Below are positions 13,851 to 27,316 of a DNA stretch of 64,000 nucleotides, piece after piece (position 1 is the first letter of the stretch; every line of letters starts with the position of its first letter). Under the pieces are notes generated by a model that worked only from the letters and a program-made list of their open reading frames with translations, was not told the DNA's origin and ran no database searches. Both the position numbers and the translations under genes were made by a program. This DNA is from the human T2T-CHM13v2.0 reference genome, Homo sapiens. Location: the NCBI RefSeq assembly GCF_009914755.1, contig NC_060947.1; one strand, given 5' to 3'.

Positions 13851-16394
13851 TGACAATGCTTTTTATTTCTCTTAAAAAACTAATAAATCAGTTTATAAAA
13901 CCTTTTAAGAAAGGCAGAAGAGGAAACAAATGGCGGGTAGGAGGCAGGACTAACTTGTAGCTCCCACTCAGACAAATCCAGTAGCATGTGGAGACTCACA
14001 TTGTGAACTTTGCTCCAAGAACTACTGCAGGAAATACCAGGAAAGCTGAGGGAATCCACAGACCCTTTGAAGGAGGTGGATTGCTGCTGCAGGCTCTGTG
14101 GGACAGCTGAGGAACTGTGAGTCTGCTTGCTTTCTCAGCTGGAAGGCTTGTAGCCTGGAGCAAGTTCTCAGCCCTGCTCACCAGCAGCCTGGAAATAAAC
14201 TCAGTTTACTGGTGGGGGTGGGCATGGTGGGAGTGAGAGTGGCCTTTCAGACTGTGGGCTGCATGGGAGCTGGATGAGGCCTGTGGCTGCTAGCTTTCCC
14301 CCACTTCCCTGGTGACCTGTGTGACACAGCAGAGGCAGCCATAGTCCCCCTGGGAACACAACTCCATTAGCCTGGGAGCCACACTCCCATCCCCCACAGC
14401 AGCCACAGCAAGCCCCACCCAGGGAGAATCTGAGCTCAGACATGCCTAACCTTCCCATACCTGATTGTCTTACTCTTCCTACCTGGTAGCTGAAGACAAA
14501 GGACATAATCTTTTGGAAGCTCTATGGCCTGCCCACCACCTGGTACCTATACTACCATAGATCATGCACTCTTGAAAGTGCCACATCCTGGCTAGAGGCC
14601 AACCAATATAAAACCAGTGCACTTAATAAAAATACAACCAAAGACCCTCACAGAGTCACTTCACTCCCTTGCTACCTCCACTGGAGCGGGTGTTGGTATC
14701 CATGGCTGAAAGACCTGAAGACAGATCACATCTCAGGACCCTTTAAAGACACTCCCCAGTACCAGCCCAGAACCTGGTAGCCCCACTGGGTGCCTAGATC
14801 AAGAAAAGAATAATAATCACTACAGTGTGGCTCTTAGGAAGCCACACTGTAGTGAGGAGAGAGCCACATCAAGGGAAAAGAGGAGAGAACCACATCAAGG
14901 GAGCACCCTGTGGGACAAAATAACCTGAACATCAGCCCTTGAGCACTAGATCTTTCCTTTGACATAGTCTACCCAAATGAGAAGGAAACAGAAAAAGATT
15001 TCTGGTAATTGTGGTAATGTGATGACAAAATAAGGTTCTTTAACACCCTCAAAAAAATCACACTAGCTTACCAGCAATTGATCGAAACTAAGACGAAATC
15101 CCTGAATTGCCAGAAAAGGAGTTCAGAAGGTCAATTATGCTAATCAAGGAGGCACCAGAGAAAGGTAAAGTTCAATTGAAAGAAATAAAAAAAGGATACA
15201 GGATATGAATGGAGAAATCTCCAGTGAAATAGATAAATAAAAAACAATTACAACTTCTCGAAATGAAGGACACACTTAGAGAAATGCAAAATGCACTGGA
15301 AGGTCTGAACAATAGAATTGAACAAGTAGAAGAAAGAACTTCAGAGCTCAAAAACAAGGCTTTTGAATTAACCCAATCCAACAAAGACAAAGAAAAAAGA
15401 ATAAAAAATAAGTAAACAAAGCCTCCAAGAAGTTTGGGATTATGTTAAATGATCAAACCTGAGAATAATTGGTGTTCCCATGGAAGAAGAGAAATCTAAA
15501 AGTTTGGAAAACATATTTAAGGGAGTAATCAAGGAAAATTTCCCGAGCCTTGCTAGATATCTAGACATTCAAATATAAGAAGCTCAAAGAACGCCTGGAA
15601 AGTTTATCCCATAAAAGATCATCTCCTAGGCACATAGTCATCAGATTATCTAAAGCGAAGACAAAGAAAAGCGTCCTAAGAGCTGTGAGGCAAAAGTATC
15701 AAATAACCTATAAAAGAACACCTATTAGTTTATCAGTAGATTGCTCAGCACAAACCCTACAAGCAAGAAGGGATTTGGGTCCTACCTTTTGCCTCCTTAA
15801 AGAAAACAATAATCAGCCAATAATTTTGTATCCAGTGAAATAAAGCTTCATAAATGAAGGAAAGATAGTCTTTTTCAGAGAAATAAGTCCTGAGAGGATT
15901 TGCCACTTCCAAGCCAGTTCTACAAGAACTCCTAAAAGGAGCTCTAAAACTTGAAAAAAAATCCTCAAAATACACCAAAACAGAATCTTTTTAAAGCATA
16001 AATCTCACAGGACCTATAACACCACACACACACACACACAAAAAAAGGTACTCAGATAACAACTAGCACAATGAATAGAATAGTACCTCACATTTCAATA
16101 CTAACATTGAATGTAAATGAACTAAATGCCCTACTTAAAAGATGCAGAATGGCATAATGGATAAGAATTCAGCAAATAAGTATCTGCTGTCTTCCTCACC
16201 TGACACATAAGGACTCATACAAACCTATATTAAGGGAGTGGAAAAAGATATTCTGTGAAAATGGACACCAAAAGCAAGCAGGAATAGCTATTCTTACATC
16301 AGACCAAAGAAACTTTAAAGCAACAGCAGTAATAAAAAACAAACAGGGATACTATATAATGATAAAAAGACTAGTCCAAGAGAAAAAATCACAA

Positions 16395-16396
<2 letters not shown>

Positions 16397-16434
<38 letters not shown>
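16397..16434. repeat. (GT)n microsatellite inside the L1 endonuclease region
   Basis: Direct reading. Confidence 0.95.
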
Positions 16435-16444
<10 letters not shown>

Positions 16445-19400
16445 ACCTAACACTAGAACTCATAAATTTATCAAACAATTACTACTACACCTAAGAAATG
16501 AGATAGCAACACAATAATAATGGGGGGCTTCAATACTCCCCTGACAGCATTGGACAGGTCATCAAGACAGAAAGTCAACAAACAAACAATAGACTTAAAT
16601 TATACCCTAGAACAAATGGACTCAAAAATATTTACAGAACATTCTACCCAACAACTGCAGAATATACATTCTATTCATTAACACATTGACCATTCTTCAA
16701 GATTGACCATATAATAGGTTATAAAACAAGTCTCAATAAATATAAGAAAATCAAAATTATGTCAAGTACTCTCTCAGATCACAATTGAATAAAATTGGAA
16801 ATCAACTTCAAAAGTAACTCTCAAAATCATGCAAATACATGGAACTTAAATAATCTGCTCCTCAATGATTGTTGGGTCAACAATGAAATCAAGATGGAAA
16901 TTAAAAAATTATTTGAACTGAACCATAATAGTGAAAAAGCTATTAAAACCTCTGGGATACAGCAAGGGCAGTGCTAAGAAGAAAGTTCATAGCATTAAAT
17001 GTCTACATCAAAAAGTCGGAAAGAGCCCAAATAGACAATCTAAGGTCACACCTCAAGGAACTAGAGAAACAAGAACAAACAAACCCAAACCCAGCCAAAG
17101 AAAAGAAATAACAAAGATCAGAGCAGAACTAAATGAAATTGAACAAAAAAAAATACAAAAGATAAATGAAACAAAAGTTAGTTCTTTGAAAAGATAAAAT
17201 TGAGACACCATTAGAGAGATTAACCAAGAAAAAAAGAGAGGATCCGAATAAACTCAATTAGAAATGAAACAGGTGATATTACAACCAATACCACAGAAAT
17301 ACAAAAGATCATTCAAGGCTACTATGACCACCTTTATGTGCATAAACCAGAAAACCTATAGTAGAAGAATAAATTCCTGGAAATATACAACCCTCCTAGA
17401 TTAAACCAGGAAGAAGTAGAAACTCTGAACAGACCAATGACAAGCAGAGAGATTGAAATGGTAATTAAAAAGTTACCAACAGGGAAAAAAAGTCGAGGAC
17501 CAGATAGATTCACAGCTAAATTCTCTCAGACATTCAAAGAAGAATTTGTGCCAATCCTATTGATACTATTCCAAAAGATAGAGGAAGAGGAAATCCTTCC
17601 TAAGTCATTCTATGAAACCAGTATCACTCTAATACCCAAACCAGGAAACTACATAACCAAAAAAGAAACCTACAGAACAATATCCCTGATGAATATAGAT
17701 GCAAAAATCCTCAACAAAATACTAGCTAACTGAATTCAACAGCATAGCAAAACGATAATCCCACCATTATTAAGTGGGTTCATAACAGTGATGCAGAGAT
17801 GGTTTAACATTTATGTCAGTAAATGTGATATATCACATTAACAGAATTAAAAACAAAAATCACATGATCATCTCAATAGATGCAGAAAAAGTATTTGGCA
17901 AAATCCTGCATTTTTTTATGATTAAAACCCTAAGCAAAATTAGCATAGAAGGGACATACCTTAACGTAATAAAAGCCATCTATGACAGACCCACAGTCAA
18001 CATTATACTGAATGGAGAAAAATTGAAAGCATTCTTCCTGAGAAATGGAAAAAGACAAGGATGCCCACTTTCACCACTTCTATTCAATGTAATACTGGCA
18101 GTTCTAGACAGAGCAATCAGACAAGAGAAAGAAATAAGGCATCCAAATTGGTAAAGAGGAAGTCACATTATTGCTGTTTGCTGATGACATGATTGTATAC
18201 CTAGAAAACCCTAAAGACTCCTCCAAAAACCTCCTAGAACTGGTAAATGAATTCAACAAAATTTCAGGACACAAAATTAATATACAGAAATCAGTAGCCC
18301 TGCTATACACCAACAATGACCAAGCTGAGAATCGAATCAAGAACTCAACCCCTTTTATGATAGCTGCAAACAACAACAACAACAACAAAACCTTAGGAAT
18401 ATGTGAAACTAAAGAGGTGAAAGACCTCTAGAAAGAAAACTACAAAATACTCCTGCAATAAATCATATATGACACAAACAAATGGAAACACAGAACATGC
18501 TCATGGATGGTTAGAATCAATATTGTGAAAATAGCCACACTGCTAAAAGCAATGTACACATTCAATGCAATTCCCATCAAAATACCCCCATCATTATTCA
18601 TAGAACTAGAAAAAACAATCCCCAAATTGATATGATACCAAAAAAGAGTCTGCATAGTCAAACAAGACTAAGCAAAAAAATTAAGCTGGAGATATCAAAC
18701 TATATTATAAGACCATAGTTACCAAAAGAGCATGGTATTGGTATAAATTGGGCATATAGACCTATGGAACAGAATAAATAGCCCAGAGATGAAGCCAAAT
18801 AATTACAGCCAACTGATCTTTGACAAAGCAAACAAAAACATAAAGTGGGGAAAGGACACCCTATTCAACAAATGGTGCTTGGATAATTGGCAAGCCACAT
18901 GTAGGAGAATGAAACTGGATCCTCATCTCTCACCTTATGCAAAAATCAACTCAAGATGAATCAAAGACTTAAATCTAAGACCTGAAACCATAAAAATTCT
19001 GGAAGATAACATTGGCAAAGCCCTTCTAGACATTGGCTTAGGCAGGACTTCATGACCAAGAACCCAAATGCAAATGCAACAAAAACAAAGATAAATATAT
19101 CGGATTTAAACTAAAAAGCTTCCGCCCGGCAAAAGAAATAATCAGCAGAGTAAACAGACAACCCACAGAAAAAGAAAAATCTTCACAAACTATGCATCCA
19201 ACAAAGGTCTAATATCCAGAATAAACAAGGAACTCAAACAAATCAGCAAGAAAAAAAACAAACAATTCCATCAAAAAGTGGATTAAGGACATGAACAGAA
19301 AATTCTCAAAAGAAGATATACAAATGGCCAACAAACGTGAAAAAATGCTCAACATCACTAATGATCAGGGAAATGCAAATGAAAACCACAGTGCAATATC

Positions 19401-19736
19401 ACTATACTCCCGGATGAATGGGCATATTTTAAAAATAAAAAAATTAATAGATGTTGGCATGGATGTGGTGAAAAAGGAACACTTTTGCATTGCTAGTGGG
19501 AATGTAAACTAGTGCAACCAGTATGGAAAACTGTATGGAGATTCTTTAAAGAACAAAATGTAGACCTACAATTTGAACCAGCAATCCCACTGCTGGGTAT
19601 CTAACCAGAGAAAAATAAGTTATTATATGAAAAATACACTTGCACATGCATGTTTGTAGCAGCACAATTCGCAATTGCAAAAATATAGAACCAGTTCAAA
19701 TGCCCATCAATCAACAAGTGGTTAAAGAAAATGTGA

Positions 19737-19809
19737 TTATCTATCTATCTATGTATCTATCTATCTATCTATCTATCTATCAATCATCTATCTATCTATC
19801 TATCATCTA

Positions 19810-19855
<46 letters not shown>
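19737..19855. repeat. Compound (TATC)n + (TG)n microsatellite inside L1
   Basis: Direct reading. Confidence 0.95.
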
Positions 19856-19856
<1 letters not shown>

Positions 19857-20649
19857 CATGGAATACTACTCAGCCATAAAAAAGAATGAAACAATGACAT
19901 TCACAGCAACCTGATGGAGTTGGAGACCGTTATTGTAAGTGAAGTAACTCAGGAATGGAAAACCAAACATCGTATGTTCTCAGTTACAAGTGCGATCTAA
20001 GCTATGAGGACACAAATGCTTAAGAATGACACAATAGACTTTGGGGACTCAGGGGGAAGGGTGAGAGGGTGGTGAAGGATAAAAGACTACCCACTGGGCA
20101 CAGTGTACACTGTTTGGGTGATGGGTGCACCAAAATCTCAGAAATCACAACTAAAGAACTTATTCATGTAAGCAAACACCACCTGTTCCCCAAAACCTTA
20201 TTGAAAAAAAAAATATATATATATATATACACAAAGAAAAGCAGGAAACTACTAGCTGAACTGAAATATAAATAAAAATGAAAAACTTCATTCATACATA
20301 AAATATTGTTTTCCTTTTAAATTTGGTTTATATATAAAAATTGTGTTTTCCTTTTAAATTTTGTTTCTGTGCAAAACAATTTTTAATTAGAAACTTTAAG
20401 GATAATACTACTTAACTTCTTATTTATATTTGGTTAATATGTTTAAGTTGACACAATATTAATTTAGTGAAATTTAATGGGAAAATACTTTAGACCAGAA
20501 AACAAAAGACATGCATTCTAGGTTTGGTTCTGCCACTAACTTGCTGTGTGGCCTGTGTGGAGAATCTGACTTCTTTGGATTGCAGTGTTTCTATCTGTAA
20601 ACATAGGCCATTCCAGCTCCAGTATTCTTTCTAAGAGCTAGGAAAAGCA

Positions 20650-20855
20650 TAGGATTTGAGAGAGACAAACCTGAGTTTGTCTTAGGATTTCACCAGTCCT
20701 TCTTGAGTGACTTTCATGTCCCTAAGACTGAGCTTCTGGATCTATAAAATGGGAAGAATAATATATACCATGCTAAATGTTTGTTAGGATTAAATGAGAT
20801 TTTATAGGTAAATTACCCAGCAGAGTGTGGCCAACAATAGGTGCTCACTACCTGT
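20650..20855 (+). mobile_element. MIR SINE remnant
   Basis: MIR core-like text (ctataaaatgggaagaataata...ggattaaatgagat...taggtgctca). Confidence 0.6.
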
Positions 20856-23800
20856 TAGGTCCCTTTTCTCTTATTTATGAGTACGCAAAAAAAAAAAAAA
20901 AAAAAAAAAAGACTGAACAGACCTAGTAGTAACAATGATAGTTGCTATGCAGTGTACATGTCTGCGTTCTTTTAAATGATAACCAACCTGAGAGCTTGCA
21001 CATCTGGTAGGGAGGAAAAAAATCTTATGTAATTCTGTTAATTTTTATAGGTTAGACAGCTATGAGGTAATAATCAAAATTTCTTAGAATACAAAATACA
21101 AAAGGAAATGTCATATTGAAGTCTCGGTTTATTTATTCTCTCTGCAAAAGCTACATTCCTTTGGAGTGTTAGGTAGCCTTTAGAGCAATAATAATATTCT
21201 CACTTATATCTGGGGTTGCTGTTTTCATATTTGTTATCTCATTTGAGCTTATCCCAGTGTCTGGCATATAATTGGAATTTAACAAATGTTCACTGAATAA
21301 ATGATTCTCTGCAATATTTTATAAAGGTAAACAGCATGGACATTACTATCATAAGTTTTCCTGTAAAGAAACTGAGCTTCAGAAAAGAGATCAATTAACT
21401 AATCCAAGGTCATAGGGCAAGTTAAAAACTAAAACTAAAATCTAGGAATCCTGATTGTTCCTCTGCTCTTCACTGGACTTCATCATGTAGTCTGATTAAA
21501 GTTACTTAGCTCTTGTCTGTCTGTCCATTCTTCCTCTGTAAAATAGTATCTTTATTGTTCAAAAAAGGCTTTTCACAGTTATTAAATGAGTGTAAGGCTT
21601 TCTGACCCACTCTTTTTCCCCCTTATGGAAAATCAGTGAGGAGAAATGCTTCTTATTGCAATTTTTAATTAGAAACTTTAAGGATAATATTTGGTATTTA
21701 GCTGTTTGGGAATTCCTTTAATTTACTGGTGTTCAGCCAGCTTTTCTTCTAATAATCAGAACTTCACTGGTAGTGCAGTTGATTCACTTGCAGACTATTA
21801 TGTGGTATCTGTGGTGTAACTGACAGGAAAAATGCAATGTGAAAGACTAAGAAAAGCAGTGAACTGAGCTATAGCATTTCAGGCATTCTGCTCTTTGTGG
21901 TTACAAAATTTCATGCTTTCTTTTACTTAAGTGAAATTTAGGTTGCCAGATGTCTTGTGCACACATGGCCGTTCTGTTTCTGTGCCGTATTCCATTTTCA
22001 TCTGTATTGGAATACATAATAGTACATTTGAGCCAAGTCAAATGCATTTAGTTGACTACTGTTGGCATTTGTTACCCTCCCCCACTTCTCTACAGACCTA
22101 GTTTGAATATGTTCCACATTCTCGAGACTAAAACCCTTCACCAAACTTTCTCACACATCTGAATCGCTTTGAGGCAAAATAATAACCGAGGTGAGATCTT
22201 GTTAGTCATGTTAAATGATGATGGCAATTGTTCCCTGCAGACATTGTGATTTATTTAGAGGCCAGTATGGTTTGACCTTTTAACTTTCAATTATTTTTAC
22301 TTAGAAAACTATAAATGAAAAAGATAACTGTGAGTTTTAATTTTTAAAGTTATTTTTATTGATGGGAACACACAAATTAGTCTGTGCTGACATGTTTTCT
22401 CTATGTTGTGCTAAATAGATTTAAAAAAAAAAACAACAAGTTCAGACCAATTAGAGTAAGTTAACATCTAGTTGTCATGCCCCAATAAGAAATTGGCATT
22501 TTAGATCGTAAAGTATTCTGGGAGACTGCTGTTATATGTGCCAGGGCTTTGACTGTAGGAATACTAAAAAACTACTCAATATGATAATTATATAAATCCT
22601 AATTGAATCTTGCTTTGATTGACAATAAAGAGTACCTGACATATAGGAGGTATTTACTAGGTATAGATTTCTGTGGAGTTGAAATAAATTTAAACAGGCA
22701 TTTTGGTATTTTCAAGATGCTTGTGGTCACTTTAACAAAGATCGGTTATTATAATGATATCTCTTATTTATACAGCATTGTCAATTTTCAAAATGCTTTT
22801 TATCATGAGTTTTCTCATTTGATGCTTTTGTGAACTTTGCTGGGTAGAGAAAGCAAATATTATTATCCTCATTTATTAAATGAAATAGGTTGTACAGCTA
22901 GTAAGTGGCAAACCTAGGAGTTTAATCTTAATATCTTGATCCCTAGTACTTTGATCCCTATATTGTTCTTGTCATTCAATATTTGATATCTTGTAGAATG
23001 TTAGATATCAAAATTTACTGCATTAAGAATTTTAAAAATTATCTATTCCTACAAAACCTTTTAAAAACAGACTTATACAGGTACTTTATGAACTGAAATA
23101 CATGTAAATCCTTCTACAGACTGACCATAAATATTCCAGGCACACTTTAATATCATAAACTACAAAATATTTGTTTAAAAAAGCAAACCAGAAAGGGAGA
23201 GTACAAAAATACATAGACATCATTTTCTTCTTAAATTGTCAACTTAGAAAAGTTAGCTAAAGAGGGGACTGTTTTCATCTGTGCCAAATATTACAAAATA
23301 TTTATTTTTTAAAAACAACTTCATTTAGAGACTCTTTAAAGTGTTTGAAACTGATGAGGCCCAAATGAAATGGTAGTCTCTTATTATTCATGATCCTTTG
23401 TCCATTACTAGATTGTGAAATCATTGATGGTAGGAATATTGTCCTGCATATGTTTATGTGTACTTCAGTGCCTTGCTTACAGTAAGCCCTCAAAATAAAT
23501 ACTTGATGAAAGTTGAGCTTAATTTACTTTTAATATTTCGCTTTTGATGGTTTGAACTCAACTTCATCAAATCTAAGAAGATAAAAAGAATAGGCACACT
23601 TTATCGCTTACTTTTTTATCATTTTCGATATTCTCATAAAATTATTAAAATACAAAGTAATCATGTTTCTTTCCTACTCTGAGTTTGTGAGATGGGGAAA
23701 GAGAAAGGGGCCAACCTTCAATTTTTATGTTATAAAGTCCTGATACATATGAATTTGTTGGAATAAGTATGCAGTATTTCATAGCAGAAGAGAAAAATAC

Positions 23801-23934
23801 AATCATATCTACAACAGAAAAAAAGAAAGAAAAACAAATATCTTAGTCTAAATCACTCACAGGATAAAGTTTAAACTCCTTAGCTATTAATAGATAATGT
23901 CTTTAACCTAAAGCTTCATCTCCCCACCTCCACC

Positions 23935-23936
<2 letters not shown>

Positions 23937-23970
<34 letters not shown>
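23937..23970. repeat. (AC)n microsatellite
   Basis: Direct reading. Confidence 0.95.
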
Positions 23971-23972
<2 letters not shown>

Positions 23973-25154
23973 CTTTACTCTCCAGTGACATAGAACTATC
24001 ATTTCTGAAGACACCTTGCTTTTTCCCTCCAGCTTGATTTTTTGTTTGCACCATACTAAACCTAGGAAGCCCTGCCTTTCCTCTTGCTTCCAATGAGGTT
24101 TCTCCAGGAACCAGCTCAAAATGCACCACTTCAGTTCAAGCAGAATTAGTGTTCTCTCCTTTGTATGTCACAGTGCTGCACTACCCAACGGCTTCCCCTT
24201 TTAAATTGTGGTCAGAGCAAAAACAATGAGTCATGCTTTAGTTATATTTTTCCTTTTCTGTCTCTCTCTTTTCCCTCCTCTTCTCTCCTGCCTGTCTCTG
24301 ATGCATAGAAGGCATTCCATAAATGCTTGTTGAGTGAGTAAAGTAATGATTAATTTAATAAATTAAAATCTTTTCTAGGGTACTAGCACTCATGTTTAGT
24401 GAATCAATATTATTAAGGTGGTTAATAGAGTAAAGGTCGTTCATACTGAGGAGCAGTGTGGTACGTTGGATGACACTCCAGCTTTGGAATGAGACAGATC
24501 AGAGTTTGTTTTTAGAATCCATCAATTCCTAGCAGTGTGACCTCTGGCAAGTAACCTCACTTCAGTGGACTTCAATCATTTGATTTGTGTAATGGGGCTA
24601 ACAATATTTACTTTGCAGACAGTTGAAAAGACCTAAATGGCCCAACACAATATCTGGCAAAGAGCAAGTGCTCACTAAATGGAAATTTTTATTAGTCTCA
24701 TTAGCTGGTATGTTTCAGTTTAGTATATTTGTTGCCATCACATAACTTAGCATTTGGCTATCTATGCTAGCTGTGTAACGCCTGCTAATTTTTTTGTTCT
24801 TGACCACATTTAAACCTCTCATGTTATACTTTAAATACTGTCCACAGTACCTGACTGAATGGTAGCCACAGACTTGATTTTTAACTCTTGGGTTAGAATT
24901 GTGGATCACGGTGAAAAGAGAGCAAAGGATTTAAAAACAATAGGTAGAGGTACACTGAGCTTTGTTAAGTGACTTTCCTTTCTCTGGTCCTCAGCTCATT
25001 AATCTGTAAAATTAAGACGAGAGCTTATTGAGTCTTTTTCAACATACAGCATCTGTGATTCTGTGATTAGATAATTATTCCCGTTTGTAAAATAAAGAAT
25101 TGTACTCTAATTAAATAAGCCTCTGTAGCCAGATAGAAAAATATAGAGTCCAGG

Positions 25155-25268
25155 TAGGTTGACCAACCGTCTCAGTTTGTCTAGCACTGTCCCAGTTTTG
25201 GTGCAGAAAGCCCTATGTCCCATGACTCCTCTCAGTCCCAGGGAAACCAAGCACAGTTGATCTTCCTA
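25155..25268. mobile_element. MER81-like hAT MITE (114 bp)
   Basis: Imperfect terminal inverted repeats TAGGTTGACCAAC...GTTGATCTTCCTA. 8-bp TSD agtccagg / ggtccagg. Confidence 0.85.
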
Positions 25269-26139
25269 GGTCCAGGGTAATTTGGCCAATAAGAGGCATT
25301 TTTTCTTTATGGTTGCTTAAAGTTTTTTTTTCTCTCTTTAATTCCACATTGACAAATAGTGTTTGGTTTTAGGAATAAAGATGAGCAACTGAGTAGGAGA
25401 AAATGCAAGAAGGGCCTGTATATAGTATACAAATAAGCCCCTTTCTCTGATAATAAAATGTCATCGAATCAGTCACTATGTCAAACTTTTTATGTATAAG
25501 ACACTGTGTTACACTTAACTGTCCAGGGTAGGGATGTAGATCATTCTGTTCCTTCACCCAAGCTAAGTATGTATGTGTGTGGGTGGAAGTGGGGGAATAC
25601 AGGACATGTACCTAGGGAAAGAACCCCCACGTATCACAAAGCAATTGTAGTGCCGAAGTACATTTGACTGTTCAGGAAAGGAAGGGAAGGCCAGTGAGGA
25701 CTAGGAGAGGTGGAATTTAAGGCTGCAGAGGATTTGGATGGGTTATGGAAGTGGCTAGGTAGACAGTCCAAGGGGTGGTGCTGCTATGTAATGTACAGGT
25801 CCTGTAGATAACTGTTCTGGACTCCCAACTCTCATTAAAAACACCTTGGAATCTGAAAGAGGTCTGAGACATTAGGTATACAAAAGAAAAATTTCCAAGA
25901 AATGAAAAAGGGAGTTTGGTGGGTGATGACAGGGTTAGCAGTAGAATAAGAGAACCAGGGAAGTGGAAGTAGTACCAAAGCATAGGACATGGAACTATTA
26001 GCCAAACTCTTTAGAAGTTTTTGTTTTGAGTTTTCCCCTCAGTTTTAGGGGAAAACTTAAGGGACCCACTTAGGTCTCTGCTGCCATAATTTTGTTTGGC
26101 TCTTACCACTGCATTAGGGAGGTTGGCATGCTGTAGGGG

Positions 26140-26350
26140 AAAGGGCAAAGGCTTTGTAGGCCAAACAGGTCTTCATCACTTACTAGCTGTGTGGCTTTGG
26201 GCAAGTGAATTAGCCTTGCTTGGATTCTGTTTGCTCATTGCTAAAACAGGAGCAAACTACTTCACTGGATTGTTCTGAGGAGTAATGAGATGATTAATGT
26301 GTGTTAAATGTCTGACATTGTAGCTGAACATATTAGTGGTCCAATGAATG
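26140..26350 (+). mobile_element. MIR SINE remnant
   Basis: cacttactagctgtgtggctttgggcaagt...gaggagtaatgagatga. Confidence 0.65.
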
Positions 26351-26900
26351 GTAAGCCCCTTCCCTATTACCTTCTAGGGTTATAATCATTTATTTGATAT
26401 TTTGTCTACATTTGTCTAAATGAGGGAAAGAGTCCGCTTTTAGCAGCCTCAATGAGAGAGGCTCCTAAGGGAAAGCTGAAAACACAGAGGAAAAGCATTA
26501 GGTTCTGCTTAGACCACTCCTCACACCTCACCTGGAGATTCTACCTCTCAGCACCCCAACCCTCCTCTAAACCCTCTTCAACCTCCTCCCAATCTCCCCC
26601 AAACCCTCTTCTCAATCTTACCTCTACCTTTCCCCTAATCCCTCCATACCTCACTTACTTTCAGCCCTAACCATTCCCTACTCTCACTTTCAGCCCTAAC
26701 CATTCCCTACTCTCTCCATCTTACCCTCTACATCATTTCTCCATCATCTGCAGACCTATCACTACACCCGGAATGTTTAGGAGCCTCCCTAAACATTGAA
26801 CATTTTCTAATTCCCTCTCTCCCTCCCAATTTACTGGTTCATTATCTCTTCCTCTAGCTAAGCCAAGAAATAACTCAAACACAAGTAGAAATTGCTAATA

Positions 26901-26906
26901 TTTATT
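26901..26906 (-). terminator. Candidate polyadenylation signal (AATAAA) of RTL3
   Basis: TTTATT on the + strand about 900 nt after the gag stop, followed on the minus strand by a GU/U-rich element (CTTGTGTTTGAGTTATTT). Confidence 0.6.
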
Positions 26907-27316
26907 GATTCTTTTAAGAAATATCACTTACAAACTTATTTTCTTTATGTAAAAGATGTTGCCATTTTTGTGATATAGAAAATATTGATAAGAAAAAAAT
27001 CAAGTCAGTTTAACAGCTATGCTTTTTCATTATTAGTTTCTAATATCTATTCTCATGTGTATTGTTAGTATAATTGTAATTAAAACAGTTCCGCAGGATG
27101 CAGAGTTCTGAGATAGAGGCATGCAGAGTTAGTGAAAAAAAAAAAAGCAGCTCAAAGTCATCAGGTTCAGTCTATCATCTAAGAGGCAGAGTCGTTGTAC
27201 AGGTAGCCTTAGTACATAGCAAGATGTTCAGTAGAAGATTCAGGGAGCAGCAAATGCTGATGACAGCTGAGGTAACAGAAGACAGGTTGCCAGGAACAGT
27301 CACTAGGACACAGGAT

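Larger units (their letters stand above)
13920..20233 (+). mobile_element. Full-length (~6.3 kb) inactive LINE-1, L1PB1-like (5' UTR, ORF1, ORF2, 3' UTR, A-tail)
   Basis: 5' UTR from ~13920, ORF1 remnants ~15000-15970, ORF2 from ~16071 ([25 protein letters not shown]), tail at ~20204. Imperfect TSD aagaaaggcagaa (13907-13919, at a TTTT/AA site) and aagaaaagcagga (20234-20246). Confidence 0.9.

Noticed and set aside
20887-20910. Isolated A24 run
   Set aside because: No TSD or attached retrocopy was seen. It is a simple homopolymer.
26910-27316. Possible RT/integrase remnants after the protease
   Set aside because: No YxDD or other pol motifs were visible. It reads as an AT-rich 3' UTR.
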